Shown here: positions 13,201 to 25,699 of the stretch, in pieces
Layout of the letters: each line of letters starts with the position of its first letter
Position numbering within the stretch: position 1 is the first letter of the stretch
Source of the DNA: Octopus sinensis
Taxonomy: Eukaryota
DNA length: 64,000 nucleotides
Direction of reading: 5' to 3'
NCBI RefSeq assembly: GCF_006345805.1
Contig: NC_043020.1
Span: 18,104,001-18,168,000 of the forward strand
Made by a program: the position numbers and the translations under genes
Notes under the pieces: model-generated
The model's input: only the letters and a program-made list of their open reading frames with translations
What the model was told of the DNA's origin: nothing
Database searches by the model: none

Positions 13201-14798
13201 TTAAACACTACTTTAATAATGACATATTTTACTAAATTCTTCAATATTTTCAAAGCGAGAGGAAACAAAGCAGTTTATTTTTACAAATCAAGATTTGGGG
13301 TCATGATGCAGCTACTTTGTGACAGCAGTAAATGCAAGCCTCCTTAATCAGAACAAAGAAAAACCAATTCCCACAAGAGAAAACTATGTACCAGACTCAC
13401 AGCAAAATTTGTGCACTCCAGCGATATATATTCTATCTTACTCGTATAGGATTTCCCAGATGTTAAATGTAATTATGATTTAAGTAAAATGCTCTGTTTT
13501 TCAGAAAATAGATCTTCAAAGGGTATCTAATTCAGCAAGCTAAGCTTATCAATTAAATGCCATGTGGTCTGTGATTAATTTTACTCATTCAAAAAAGTGA
13601 ACAGTGACATTTAAAATAGTTGGCAATTAGATTTAGAAGAAGAAAACCAAGTGCATCAATAAATGCAGAGCCACGCAGACAGAGAGACATCAGTTACAGT
13701 GAAGTCATTTAATTCTTGTAAAAACAGGATTCTTTTATTCTCAAGTAGTACATTAGAAATACGATGAAATATTTTGGCTTCTTTCATTATTTCTCTAAAG
13801 TGCAGATTTATTTACTTATTTTTCTGAGTGTTGCGACAATTTAATGTACTCATGTATGCAGACACACACACATACAAACAAGTCTATATTTAGCCAGAAG
13901 AAAAAGTAAATTGTTTTATTTATAGTAACACAGTTAAGGAAATTCCAGTGAGGTGAAGAAGGTGACAGGGAAAATAAAGGAAGACTGTGTAAATTGAAGA
14001 TATTGGTCCACAGAAAATATCGAAGAAAAATCACTCCAATGTTTTAACAATCAATAACAGATTTGTAATTTTGATTTGAAAATTAAATGATGCATCGAAC
14101 TTTGTTATATTTGTGTGCTAATAAAGTAGTTGTTTGGTAAACAGGAATGACTGTTGCAAGTGAAAACATAAACAACGTCGTTATTGAATATGAAAAAGGC
14201 TTACAACATCTCTGATGAAGACTAACTGCCCAAAATAATTAATTCTATGAAAATAATCTGGTTTAATTTGGAAATTTTTATTACTAAAATATATAATTAA
14301 TTATATTTCAAACAAAGAATTAATTTTCTTTGATTGAATTATAATAACTAAAAAATCTTTGTTAACAATACTTAAGCTATTTTTATTTGCTTTAAATCAG
14401 CGCATTATAAAAATATCCAACATAATTAATCACTTAATTAATTAGGGTAATTCTTTGATCACAGAGTTATTATCTATATATTCCACTTATTTTTGCCGGT
14501 TTTGTTCAGATTACAGGGAAGCCCCTTGAGAAGGGGTGCATCCTTCATGATTTAGGATACTAAACCTCAAAAATAATTACAACTGCTACACTAATAAACC
14601 TAGATCCCATATAAACTGTCATTCAGTTAGCCCTTTCATTTGTGAACAATGAATAACAAATAGAGAGATGCTATTTACATTGATAAGTAAATGATAGACG
14701 CAAGTTAAATCATTTAATCTGTAAAATAATAATACATGATAATGATGATGATGTAAGCTACAAAATTCTTACATTCTCTTGATTTTCTCTAATTCAGA

Positions 14799-14990
14799 CT
14801 AAATTGAAAAGGCACTGCCCCAGAGGATGGCGAGGGAGATGTGCTGGAACAGCCACACAGACTCACACTTGTGGATAGCCATTTCTACTCTGATAGTGGT
14901 GAGCAGGGATATGGTCCATTGGCCTGAGAATACTGGAGGACTCCACTGCCACAGGCTTGACTGTAAACCTGTCAGAAAGTGACCGGTCAA
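14799..14990 (-). mobile_element. 3'-terminal fragment of a CRE-like (restriction-like endonuclease) non-LTR retrotransposon
   Basis: With one frameshift it reads RSLSDRFTVKPVAVESSSILRP/WTISLLTTIRVEMAIHKCESVWLFQHISLAILWGSAFSI*. This matches the RLE C-terminus pattern F.P.AVE..G..GP...WLFQRISLAI.RGNA.S(I/V). Confidence 0.7.
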
Positions 14991-17900
14991 ACAGAAACAT
15001 TGTTGGCACAGGAACTCATTCTCATCCTCACCATTCCCAAAATGGTACGAGTTGGGGTGGTATGTGATATCACTTCTAATTCTAATTCTCCTGTCATTTC
15101 TATGCGAGAGCCCAAGACCTCCAAATCCAGCTTCCCCACTATTTTCTCTATCACTATTACTGTTTGTCTGTTAGCACACAGCATATTTTACACCCAACAA
15201 ACATCATTGATGCAATTAGTTTAGCTGTTCCTGCTGCACCCAACCCTTGATGCCATTGACGACACACCATTTCCTCAAATTGGTTGGACTTTGCCTTTCC
15301 TGCAAGTCTATTTTTAACACATTCAATGAAGCATTATTCAACTTATTTTTTATTATCATTCTCCTTAGATCTTTTGCAAGCAATGCTTATATCTTACAAC
15401 CACGCAACATTACAATGCTTGCATGCATTGTGCTGTTTCCGCTTTGCATATATATGTACATGATATTATGATATAGAGAGAAATCCTTTGTTGCCATCAG
15501 AGGTAGCAACTTCCCAAAATTCAAGCTTAGAAATGTAATTAGGGTGAATTATACCAAACCAGAAACAATGTGGCAAAATGACAATAACAGTTGTTAAATT
15601 AATACATATTTTTCAAAACAAAAGAATTTCTTCTCCCACTACCACCACACAAGACTAAAAGAAATCTGATATAAAAGACACCATGACCATCACTACCAAC
15701 ATTGTAACAAGAACCTTCAACAGATATATTAGTGAAGAGTGATCCAGCTTATAGCATTCTGCGTTATGTTTATGAATGGGGAAACAAATTATAAAAATAA
15801 ATAGGTTAACAGAGCTTATTGTATGGGAATTGTTGGGTTGTTTATTTGTGATACTAAATTTAGATAGCCATTAACTTAACAACCTGTCATTCATGTAGAA
15901 TCTTAGAACCACATTACTGTCTACCATTAGGAAATATGGAGAAGAAATAAAAGAAAGAGAGAAAGAACAATAAAACAAATTCCAGTTCATGAAGATATTT
16001 GACACATAGGTTTCTTACATGGTCTTGTCATCAACCAAAAAATTCATATTTACAACATAGAATTCACTGAATCAAAAGTAGTCTTTCGCAAAAAGGAAGA
16101 AACCATAGTTACAGTGATAAAAAGAGAGAAAGACATAGCAAGCAAGGTTTTAGCCAACCAAAAATAGAAGAATATACAAGGAAAGAGCCATTAGCATAGC
16201 CCAAAATAGCACAGATACAGCACCAGTTTTTCTGTCACACTTACACTCCAGACCCTCCCCAAGGTCTCCAGTGTGCTAGATTAACCCTACTGTTTACCAC
16301 ATTTCAGCTGAAACACACTAACTTTGAATGAATTCAGAAAATAATGAAGAATTTAGTAAAATACATATCATACTAAGTTGGTATTTGGAACATAAACGAA
16401 CATTTAATAGAAGACACTTGCCCAAGGTGTCCCGCAGTGGGACTGAACCCAGAACCATGTTGTTGGGAGGCAAACTTTGTACCACACAAGACATGCCTGT
16501 GCCTATTATTTAAGTAAATTTAATATTGTGAAGGCACATGGCTTAGTAATTAGTGTTGGACTCATTTATTGTAAAGATTCCTGGACCAGGTGACACACTA
16601 TGATCTTGAGCAAAACAATTCATTTCACCTTGCTCTGGTCTACTCAGCCAGCGCCCAGAATCCCATCCAGGTGGGGAATGCATAAGTCATAGAAACTGGG
16701 AAACTGGCTATATGAATCTAGATGACTCGGGAATGGTCTTATCTAAATTTAATATTTGTTTAATTTAGAGGTGATCATCCTTGGTTTGGAAATATCAAGA
16801 ATCTGGAAAAAAAAGACTTAGGAATCAAAGGTCCCAAAAAATTGATGTTGTACCTCTATGAAATGATGCAAGTCATAATAATTATTCAGTGACAAAGAGA
16901 AACATAATTCACCTGAGATAAATTATAAAACATAATCTCAAAAAACCAATGTTAGAAATTAATTACAATAGCATTGTTACATGTGGCAGATGAAAATTTT
17001 AGAGCTGCAAAAGACACCAAGACTGCTAATATTACAAACATCAAGGTAGCAAGCTGGCAGAAGTGTTTGTACTCTCTGAGGAATTTCCAAGTTTAAGCCT
17101 TTATCATTCAGATTACTATCAAATGCAATGCTTATTTATTCAAATTGTTTCGAATTAACCATGCATTAGCTTGTAACTTTGAAATTTCAATGATGCAATT
17201 GCCTATTTTCATAAATGCATTGTAGGGTAGGTGCAAGAGGCTGAATCTGGCCAGTTTGAACATAAAACCAAGTACAATATTTGGGCCTGATGTGGCTGGT
17301 TTCAATGCTTAAGGGTTAAGCCTTTGACATTCAAATTACTCAGTCAAATGTGATGTTCATTTATATTCACATTATTTTTTAATCGATTATGCATTATCTT
17401 AGAGCTTCAAGATTTTGATGACGAGATTGTATATTTTAGAATGATAATGTAGGGTAGGTGTGAGAGGTTGGACCTGGTCAGTATGAACACAAAAAACAGG
17501 CAGAATGTTTAAGCTGGATAAGGCTGATTTAAATGATAAAGGATTAAGATAGAATAAAGTGAAAAGGTTTGAAATTTCCGGCACAAAGGCAGCAAGTTCT
17601 GGGTAAGCTGATTATATTGACCCCCAGCACTCAGCTGGTATTATGTTATCGACCCTGAAAAGATGAAAGGCAAAGATGACCTGAGTGGAATTTGAACTCA
17701 GAACATAAGGACAAACGAAATGCTGCTAAGCATTTTGCCCAGTATCTCAACAATTCTGCCAGCTTGCTGTCCAAGAGTGAAGTAATTAGGAAACGTTTAT
17801 TGCCAGGTTAAGACCCAGTCTTCAGTGCTGTGATAATTCCAACAATCAATGAGAAACTAATTCTCAGGAAATGTAAGAAAGACACGGAGCAGGTGATTTG

Positions 17901-19150
17901 ATTTATTCAAAGACAAATGATTGACAGCACAATTATTCATAGCAAAATAACCATTACAAATAATCGAAAATAAATAGAAACAAACTATTGTGGCATAGGA
18001 GAAGAAAAAACACATTAGCCAACTATGAAAGAAGTTCTTAGGATGAATGAATTACCAGGCAAAATTATTCAGCTTCTATGGTTTCTAACACTGACACAGA
18101 ATTGCATAAATTTTGGAAGGTAGGAGGGATAGTTGATTTAATTAGTAACAGAAATTTACTGAAACTTAGTTTATCATAAGTGCAGGCATGGTTGTGTGGT
18201 AAGAAGCTTGCTTCCCAACCACATGTTCCAAGTTCAGTTCTACTGTGTGACACCTTGAACAAGTGTCTTCTACTATAGCCTTGAGTCAACCAAAGTCTTG
18301 TGAGTGGATTTGGCAGATGGAAACTGAAAGAAACCTATTGTGTATATGTACATATCATCATCATCGTTTAACGTCCGTTTTCGATGCTAACATGGGTTGG
18401 ATGGTTTGACTGGGGTCTGGGAAGCCAGGAGGTTGCACCAGGCTCCAGTCTGATCTGGCAGTGTTTCTACAGTTTCTTCCTAACGTCAACCATGCCATGA
18501 GTGTAGTGGGTGCTTTTTACGTGCCATCGGCGCAAGTGCCAGGGGAAGCTGGCAGCGGCCACAATCAGTTGGTGCTTTTTACGTGCCACCAGCACAGGTA
18601 TCACGATTACAATTTCCATTTGATTTTTTTTTTATTTTGATGTTGATGTACTTGACTCAATAGGTCTCCTCAAGCACAGCAGGTCGCCCTACGATCCAAG
18701 GTACATACATACATACAATAAGATATTAATAATATATTAATATAAAATATATTAAATACATTATAATATAGGTAGCTGTATGTGTGTGTGTGTTTGTCTC
18801 TCATTGCTGCTTGACAGTCGGTATTGATGTGTTTAAGACACCATAACTTAGCAGGTCAGCAAAAGTGTCTGATAGAATTAGTAGCAGGCCTTTAAAAAGG
18901 TAAAATAAAATAAGTACTGGGGTCATTTCATTTGACCAAAAACCCTTCATGGTGATGCTACAGTATGGCTGCAGTCTAATTACTGAAACAAGATAAAAGA
19001 TTTCAACCCTGCAAGGATGACAATGTATTTCTAACTCTAAACAGAGATGGATATGACTAAAATACTAAAAGGTACTAGTATAGCTAATAACAGTTTACTT
19101 ATTATTCTACTTGAGTTACCTCCCTTAGCAATGCACAAATGATAGTTTAG

Positions 19151-19244
19151 ATGATTGTATTAATAATATATATAGACAGGATATATGGATAATTGTATTA
19201 ATATATAGACAGGAATGGATAATTGCATTAATATATAAGGCAGA
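19151..19244. repeat. Degenerate ~30-bp tandem repeat, 3 copies
   Basis: Unit approximately atggataattgtattaatatatagacagga. Confidence 0.6.
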
Positions 19245-22215
19245 CATACCTATCTGCTAAAGTCAAACTACCATAGTCTTTCTGCCTATGTAAGACAGTA
19301 AATGAGCTAATTGTAAAATCACTCATTACAATTATGATTCATCAAAGAATTGGCAGTGATTTACAAGAACTGGCAATGGATTAACAACATGGCAATTTAG
19401 AATGATGAAATTCACTTTAAATGAAAAAAAAAAAATTTAACTTTCAAAATTACAGCCAATCCTACATTCAACTCAATAAACATTCTTCTGTATATTCTAT
19501 ACATAAAAATTCAATACAGATTTTGTTAAAAGTTTTATTTAAAATTTTGGCAATGGTACCATTATATTTGAGAAGTAGAGCTCGCCAAATTATCAGATAA
19601 AGAACCTATAACTTGTAGTCACTATGCGCAGCTCAGAGCAAAGACAATTCTCATTGGCTTCAAGCCAACTAACTGTAAAATACTATGAGGGGTACTGAAT
19701 CACTATCAGGCATAGTACGCCTGACAACTGCATACTATACCTTGGAAGTATTGGGCAATTTTCTGATATATTATCAATAGTAATATCATAAGAAAACATG
19801 AAAGACACAGGTATGACTGTATGGTAGGAAGTTTGCTCTCTGATCACATGGTTCTGGATGCAGTCTAACTGCGGAACACCTTGGGCAAGTGCCTTTTGAT
19901 ATAGCCCTAGGCTGACTAAAGCCTTTTAGTAGATTTGGTAGATAGAAGGTAAAAAGAAGTCTGTTGTATGTATGTATGCATATATAGACACACACACATG
20001 TAAGCATGTGTATGTTTGTGTCTCCTTGTTTTGACATAGCATGCTAGTTGTAAATGAGCATCACTATCATACAAGCAGTGTCGTTCATTTCCAATATTCT
20101 GTGAAAACATGTCTGGCCAATGGGGAAATGTTACCAAGCAGTGGTAACATTTCCCCCATGGTATGGTTTGACAACAGGAAGGAATCTGGCTATAGATAAA
20201 AATGCACCCAGCACACAGTGTAAAGTGATTAGTATTAGGAAGAGCATCTAGCTGTAGAAACCAAGTAAAAACAGATGACTGGAACCTGATGCAGCTCTTC
20301 AGCTTACCAGCTCCAGTCAAAACATCTAACTCATGCCAGCATGGAAAATGAATGTTAAATAATGATGATGAGTTAACAGATTTTTCAACAACCAGCTTCC
20401 TCAGAGTTATAAGAGTTTCACTCACAAAGTATTGGTCAATTTGAGGTTAGCGTAAAAGACGTTTAAATATCTTTTGAATTCTTGTGCAATGAGCCTCAAT
20501 GGACCCATAATTCATAGGTTCCTTTCTCTGCTGTTTCTAGCAATTGTGCTAACTTAGCACCCTTATCAAAAACAAAACTAAAAGCAGGTGGGTTGATTAA
20601 AATTAGACTAAAGATTCCCAGACTTCCTCATTCTATTTTACTCTTGGGAAATATTTTGAAAGTAAATTCACCCTTCGCCACCCATCTGTTTTCTTAAGTA
20701 ACTTGAGTTTGCATTTCCATTTTCTCTTTTAGTCATGTGGGCTCTTTTGCCTTGCTAGTTACAAGGCAACCTATCTAGTGCTGGTGCCACATAAAGACCA
20801 CCTCCAATACATTCCATAAAGTTATTGAGAAATCAAGCAGAGACAACACAGATTTTGGCAGGACTCTTTAGTCTTGCTGAGCACAAGACAACCTCTTTAG
20901 AGCTGGTGCCATGAAAAATATGTATGCAGTAATTTGTAAAGTTGTTCATGTTAGGAAAAGCATCTAACAAAAAAAAAAAAAAAAAAAATCAAGCCAAAGC
21001 AGAGATGTTGAAGCAAGACATGATCCTCCAGCCTATTGGATCCTGTTGAACCATCCAACCCACACAAACATGGAAATAAGACATAAAATAACTTCTAATC
21101 ATAATAAAACTGGCAAAGAGAAATATTTAACCCTTTAGCATTTAGACTTATTTTGTCAAATGTCATGGTGGACCCCTTTCAGTCATGGATGACCATGGGA
21201 TTGCACCTAGAAAGTTGCCCTCCGAGGCACAAGTCTGGACAGTTTTGTTTATGGAAGCCCAGCCGTCAGCAATGCATACCAGTCTCTCCTCTCCGTGCCT
21301 TCTACTATAGTCCCAGGCCATTCAAGGCCTTGTAAGTGGATTTGGGAAATGGAAGCTGAAAGAAGCCCATCATTTATACATATACACACACAGATATAGA
21401 TGTGTATGTGTGTACCCTTGTCTAGACATCATGTGATGGTTTTCCCCATCATACAAGCAGGGTTGTTTGCTCCCAGTGTTCCTTGGAAAACATGTCCAGC
21501 TATGGAGAAATATTACCTTGCTTGGAAACAGGTGAGGGTTAGCAACAGGAAGGGCATCGGCCCAATTGAGGAAATTTGCCTCAACAAATTCCATGTGACC
21601 CATGCAAGCATGGAGAATGGACATTTAATGATAATGATGATGATATAGGTAAAATTGAGACAACAAATCATTCATGTCAATTAGAGTGTTTGATAGGTTA
21701 TCTGCTGGTATTTGTTCCAACTGTCTGCCCTCTTAGTGCAAATCCAAAATTCAGCTTTGCCTTTCTTCCTTTTGTGGGGCCAATAAAAAAAATCAGCTGT
21801 GCAGAGCAGTGGATTGGTAGACTTGTTAGAGTAGTGTCCATTCTGGCTTTGCGGCGCCACTTTAGTTAACTATCTTTTAAATGAGTTAGATGATTCAACA
21901 GAATCTGATTAGCCAGAGGGCTATTTTGGTCTGCAGTGTCTGCTTTTACAAGGTTTCTGTGACTGGATACTCTTCGTAATGTCAACCATTTTACAGTGTT
22001 TTTTCTGTGACAAAATTTTAAAAAATATTTAAAAAAACGCAGCAGTAAGTTTCCCTACTTTAATCAAAAGATCGACTGCTTCATGGTAAAATGTACCCCT
22101 TGTCTAGGGACCCCAAACGAAACCGATTAGAACATTGAGGAAAATAAACAAAAATAACTAGCAAAAGCAGAAGCAAGAAGAGTAGAAGGAAAATATAATG
22201 TATATTAAAGCTTAC

Positions 22216-22290
22216 TTTTTAATCAAATTTGGATTGTAAAAATAGATTTTTAAAAACTGCTCCTCCTTTTCGTGGTAGCCATACATGGGT
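22216..22290 (-). CDS. REV3L: REV3L coding exon 3 (75 nt): (I)PMYGYHEKEEQFLKIYFYNPNLIK(K)
   Basis: Acceptor ttttattattcag|A and donor AAAAA|gtaagc. Phase 2-2 fits both neighbours. Matches REV3L PFYGYHEKERHFMKIYLYNP. Too short to appear in the ORF track. Confidence 0.96.
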
Positions 22291-24983
22291 CTGAATAATA
22301 AAAGAAAAATAAAACAAGTTTTAGCTATATTACTTTTTTTTACTTTTTTGTAATATATAATACACATAAATTATATTAAAAACAACTTCAGCTATATCAT
22401 TTTTGATATAAAATTACACAAAACTACAAGAAAAAAAAAAGTATTACACATATACACATGAAATCAGCAATTAAAATGCTATTCATAATGTTTATCCATT
22501 GAGGAAGACAGGGAAACATGAAGGAGATCAGCCAATAAAGGTCAGCGTGATATGTAATCATCATCAGAAGTGTTGATGCTGCCATTGCTATTATCAGCAT
22601 GATCATGATCTTGGCAATAGATTGGCAACTTCCATACAGTGTAGCACTGTGGTTCCAAATGGGGTCCACGTAAGATTTTGTCGTCAAAACTTATCTGCAA
22701 TGAATTACTTATACATCCACAACACACAAAATATTTAAAACATTTTTCAAATACAATATCTAATAAAATAAAATTATAAAAAAATATTCTTTTACTCGTT
22801 TCAGTCATTTGACTGTGGCCATACTGGAGCACCACCTTAAAGGGTTTTAGTTTAAGAAATTGAACTAAGGACCTATTCTTTGTAAACCTAGTACTTATTC
22901 TATGAGATGAGAACACAAAAGTTTTTCAATACTCTTTTACTTGTGTTAGTCATTTGACTGTGGCCATGCTGGAGCACCATCTTTAGTCAAGCAAATCGAC
23001 CCCAGGACTTATTCTTTGTAAGCCTAGTACTTATTCTATCGGTTTCTTTTGCCGAACTGCTAAGTGATGGGGACATAAGCACACCAGCATCAGTTGTCAA
23101 GCAATGCTAGGGGGACAAACACAGACACACAAGCATACACACACACACATATATACGACAGGCTTCTTACAGTTCCAGTCTACCAAATCCACTCATAAGG
23201 CTTTGGTTGGCCCAAGGCTATAGTAGAAGACACTTGCCCAAGATGCCATGCAAGCTACTTACCACATAGCCACTCCTAATTCTCGTTTTTATTGTCCTTG
23301 TTTACAGGGTTTAATTATACTTTAATTTATTTGTATTAAGTGCTTTCCCCCCCTTTTTTCCACTTGCTTCAGGTCATTAGACTGTGGCCATGCTGTAAAT
23401 CCAAGGAGAAATGCCACAAAATATTTTGTTCAAGGTGCTAACAATTCTGCCACCCCAACTGCCTTAAAAAAATACAGCAGGTTAAAAAAAAAAAGGTAAC
23501 AAAGAGACAGAGAAAAAATGTTAATGACTGAAATGTATTTACAGTGGTTCAATTTTATTTATATTGTGCAAATGTCAAGAGCATTATTTCATTTTGTAAC
23601 AGTTGACATACTAAAATAGACACATATATTTGTTTAACCGTTCAAGATCAGAGCAAGCAGTATAAAATATGCACCTGATATATCCACCTACAGCAGCAAA
23701 CACTTTGGAAGAATAGCTATATCCACAAAAGTGGTCTTTTTTCTTTGGGTTTTAGTCAAAAAGAATTGACGCTGGTGCCTAATTTTTAAAACCTGGTACT
23801 TGTATTATCAGTTTCATTTGGTGAGCTAAGTTACAAGGATGTAAAAAAATGAACACTGGTTATCAACCAGTGGAGGGAAACAAAAACACACAGGGCTTAT
23901 TTCAAGGTGTGCTTTGGGATTGAACCTAGAACCATGTGGTCAGGAAGCAAAACTTCTTACCACACAGCCACATCTGCACCTGTTGTTTATGAATTTTATA
24001 TATTTTATGCTATTAAGAAGATAATTAAAAGGATGTGCATGCGGTACATGTGCATATGCGCATAATAACAATTGCATATGCTGTCAGAACCATAGAGTTC
24101 AACAGGTTAAAAATATAATTTCTAGGATTTATACAAGGTCACATATTTTGGGTGTTTCACTTTAAACTTTTTAAGGATGTAATTATTGAAAAATAAGTGC
24201 GTAGAACTGGGGTGGGGGAGAGAATATTTCCCTTGAAATAGGGAGGCTTTAAAAGCTTCCAAATGTTATTCCAATTCTGTCTTTAATAGAAACAAAGATG
24301 GGTGGGTGGTGGGGGTGGTATTCATGTGTTGCACCTAGATTTTTACGTATCACAAGATGCAGGCCCAATTTTTAAATCATTAAATTAACATGCTACACTT
24401 TTGAAGTGGTTTTCTTTCAGTATTCAAATAAGTAGAGAAAGCACATCTGTGTGAGGAAGGGGTGGATGGCGGTTCATAATTGATAGCTGAATTCAAACGC
24501 TGCTCTAAATAACAACAATCAAAACAAGAAAACAGCCGATGGAACTACGAAACACAGATAGATATAATAATGGCTACTCCTTATTCCTCATAAAAATTAT
24601 TTCAACATCCACTTTTCCATGCTTGCACAGGTTAAACAAAATTTGTTGGAGCAGATTTTTGACAACTGGATGGTCTTCCTATTGCCACTGCTCAAGTGTT
24701 TCCAAGCAAAGTAATATTTCTTGCAGTCCTTTGAAATAAGAACAATACAATGACTGAACATGCCTTCATGAAGTTTGCAAATGAATGACACTGGCAAGGT
24801 GACACAGACACACCCACCAGGCTTCTTCCAGTTTGCGTCTACTAAATTCACTCACAAAGCTTTGGTAAGCTTGAGGCTGTAGCAGAAAAGGCTAGTAGTC
24901 CAAAGTGCCACGCAGTGAGACTGAACCTGTAATCAAGTGATTGTGAAGCAAACTTCTTAACCACATAGCCATGTCTGCACCTA

Positions 24984-25205
24984 TACAAGGGGGTTCTGAA
25001 AAGTTCCTGGCTTTGGGTGAAAACATAGGAAGATCGGTTAATTATGATTTTATTCAACACATTCCCCTCTCAGATCCACATACTTAATGCAGGGGCCCTT
25101 CAGTTTTTTTTAAGCCCCATAAAAGAATGCAGAAAGGTTGGGTCTCTACCCAGGCCTTTCACGATAAACCCTTAAAACCAGGAACTTTACATCAACCGCT
25201 GCCTT
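24984..25205. mobile_element. Mariner-derived MITE
   Basis: Begins TA caagggggttctgaaaagttcctggcttt and ends with the degenerate inverse aaaaccaggaactttacatcaacc. About 220 bp, non-coding. Confidence 0.6.
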
Positions 25206-25402
25206 TATATATATTTACATTGACACACAAGCCAGAATGCATACATACTCACATGCAGACTTAAGTCTATGAAGACACACACACACACAGCAAAGTAATG
25301 ATTGAAGAGGCAAATAGTCGAGTTGGATCAACAGATAAGATAGTGTAGTACCTACTTAGGGGTATCAAGAGTTCAGATTTATTAAATGTACAGTTCTTTT
25401 TG

Positions 25403-25699
25403 CAGCGTGGAAGGTGTTTGTAAACCATTTAAGAAACACACACACAAAAGCCGTTCGTTTCACTTCAACATTTAAGTTTAATTTGTCAAAATATTTTCGT
25501 CGCTTTAAGACCGCGTCAGTGAACAGGTCGCGGTCTTAAAGCGACGAAAATATTTTGACAAATTAAACTTAAATGTTGAAGTGAATCGAACGGCTTTTGT
25601 GTGTTTCTTAAATGGCTTACAAACACCTTCAACGCTGCAATTGTTTTCGTTTCAGCACACGATCTCAGATCAAATCACTTGCTATGCAAGTACATCTCC
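25403..25699 (+). mobile_element. Hairpin retroelement insertion, probably Penelope-like (pLTR with 5' inversion), with a 13-bp TSD
   Basis: Direct repeat acagttctttttg at 25390-25402 and 25700-25712. Inverted arms 25400-25515 and 25529-25640 differ by about 3 mismatches plus a 4-nt CA indel and enclose a 13-nt loop. A hammerhead-like motif begins at the inversion point. Confidence 0.7.
25515..25559 (+). ncRNA. Candidate minimal type I hammerhead ribozyme, G3:C8 core variant
   Basis: gtca (stem I) - GTGAACA (core 3-9) - g - gtcgc/ggtcttaaa/gcgac (stem II) - GAAA - palindromic AATATT stem III - U16.1, U17 - tgac (stem I). All three helices can be drawn from the sequence. Activity is untested. 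Confidence 0.55.

Noticed and set aside
14205-14250. CTGATGA motif as a third hammerhead
   Set aside because: No stem II, no GAAA box and no stem I pairing can be drawn.
19916-20425. 169-aa minus-strand ORF; also 31548-31838 and 42488-42850
   Set aside because: They run through composite SINE sequence and show no protein-family motif.
22216-22290. Junction codons ATA (Ile; vertebrate Met) and AAA (Lys; vertebrate Arg) as A-to-I recoding sites
   Set aside because: Both are ordinary conservative substitutions, and I found no nearby complementary intronic sequence. Needs RNA data.
22424-22700. Hydrophobic frame as a mitochondrial insertion (NUMT)
   Set aside because: The plus-strand frames I checked still contain TAA stops under the invertebrate mitochondrial code, and the minus-strand frame shows no recognisable mitochondrial protein motif.
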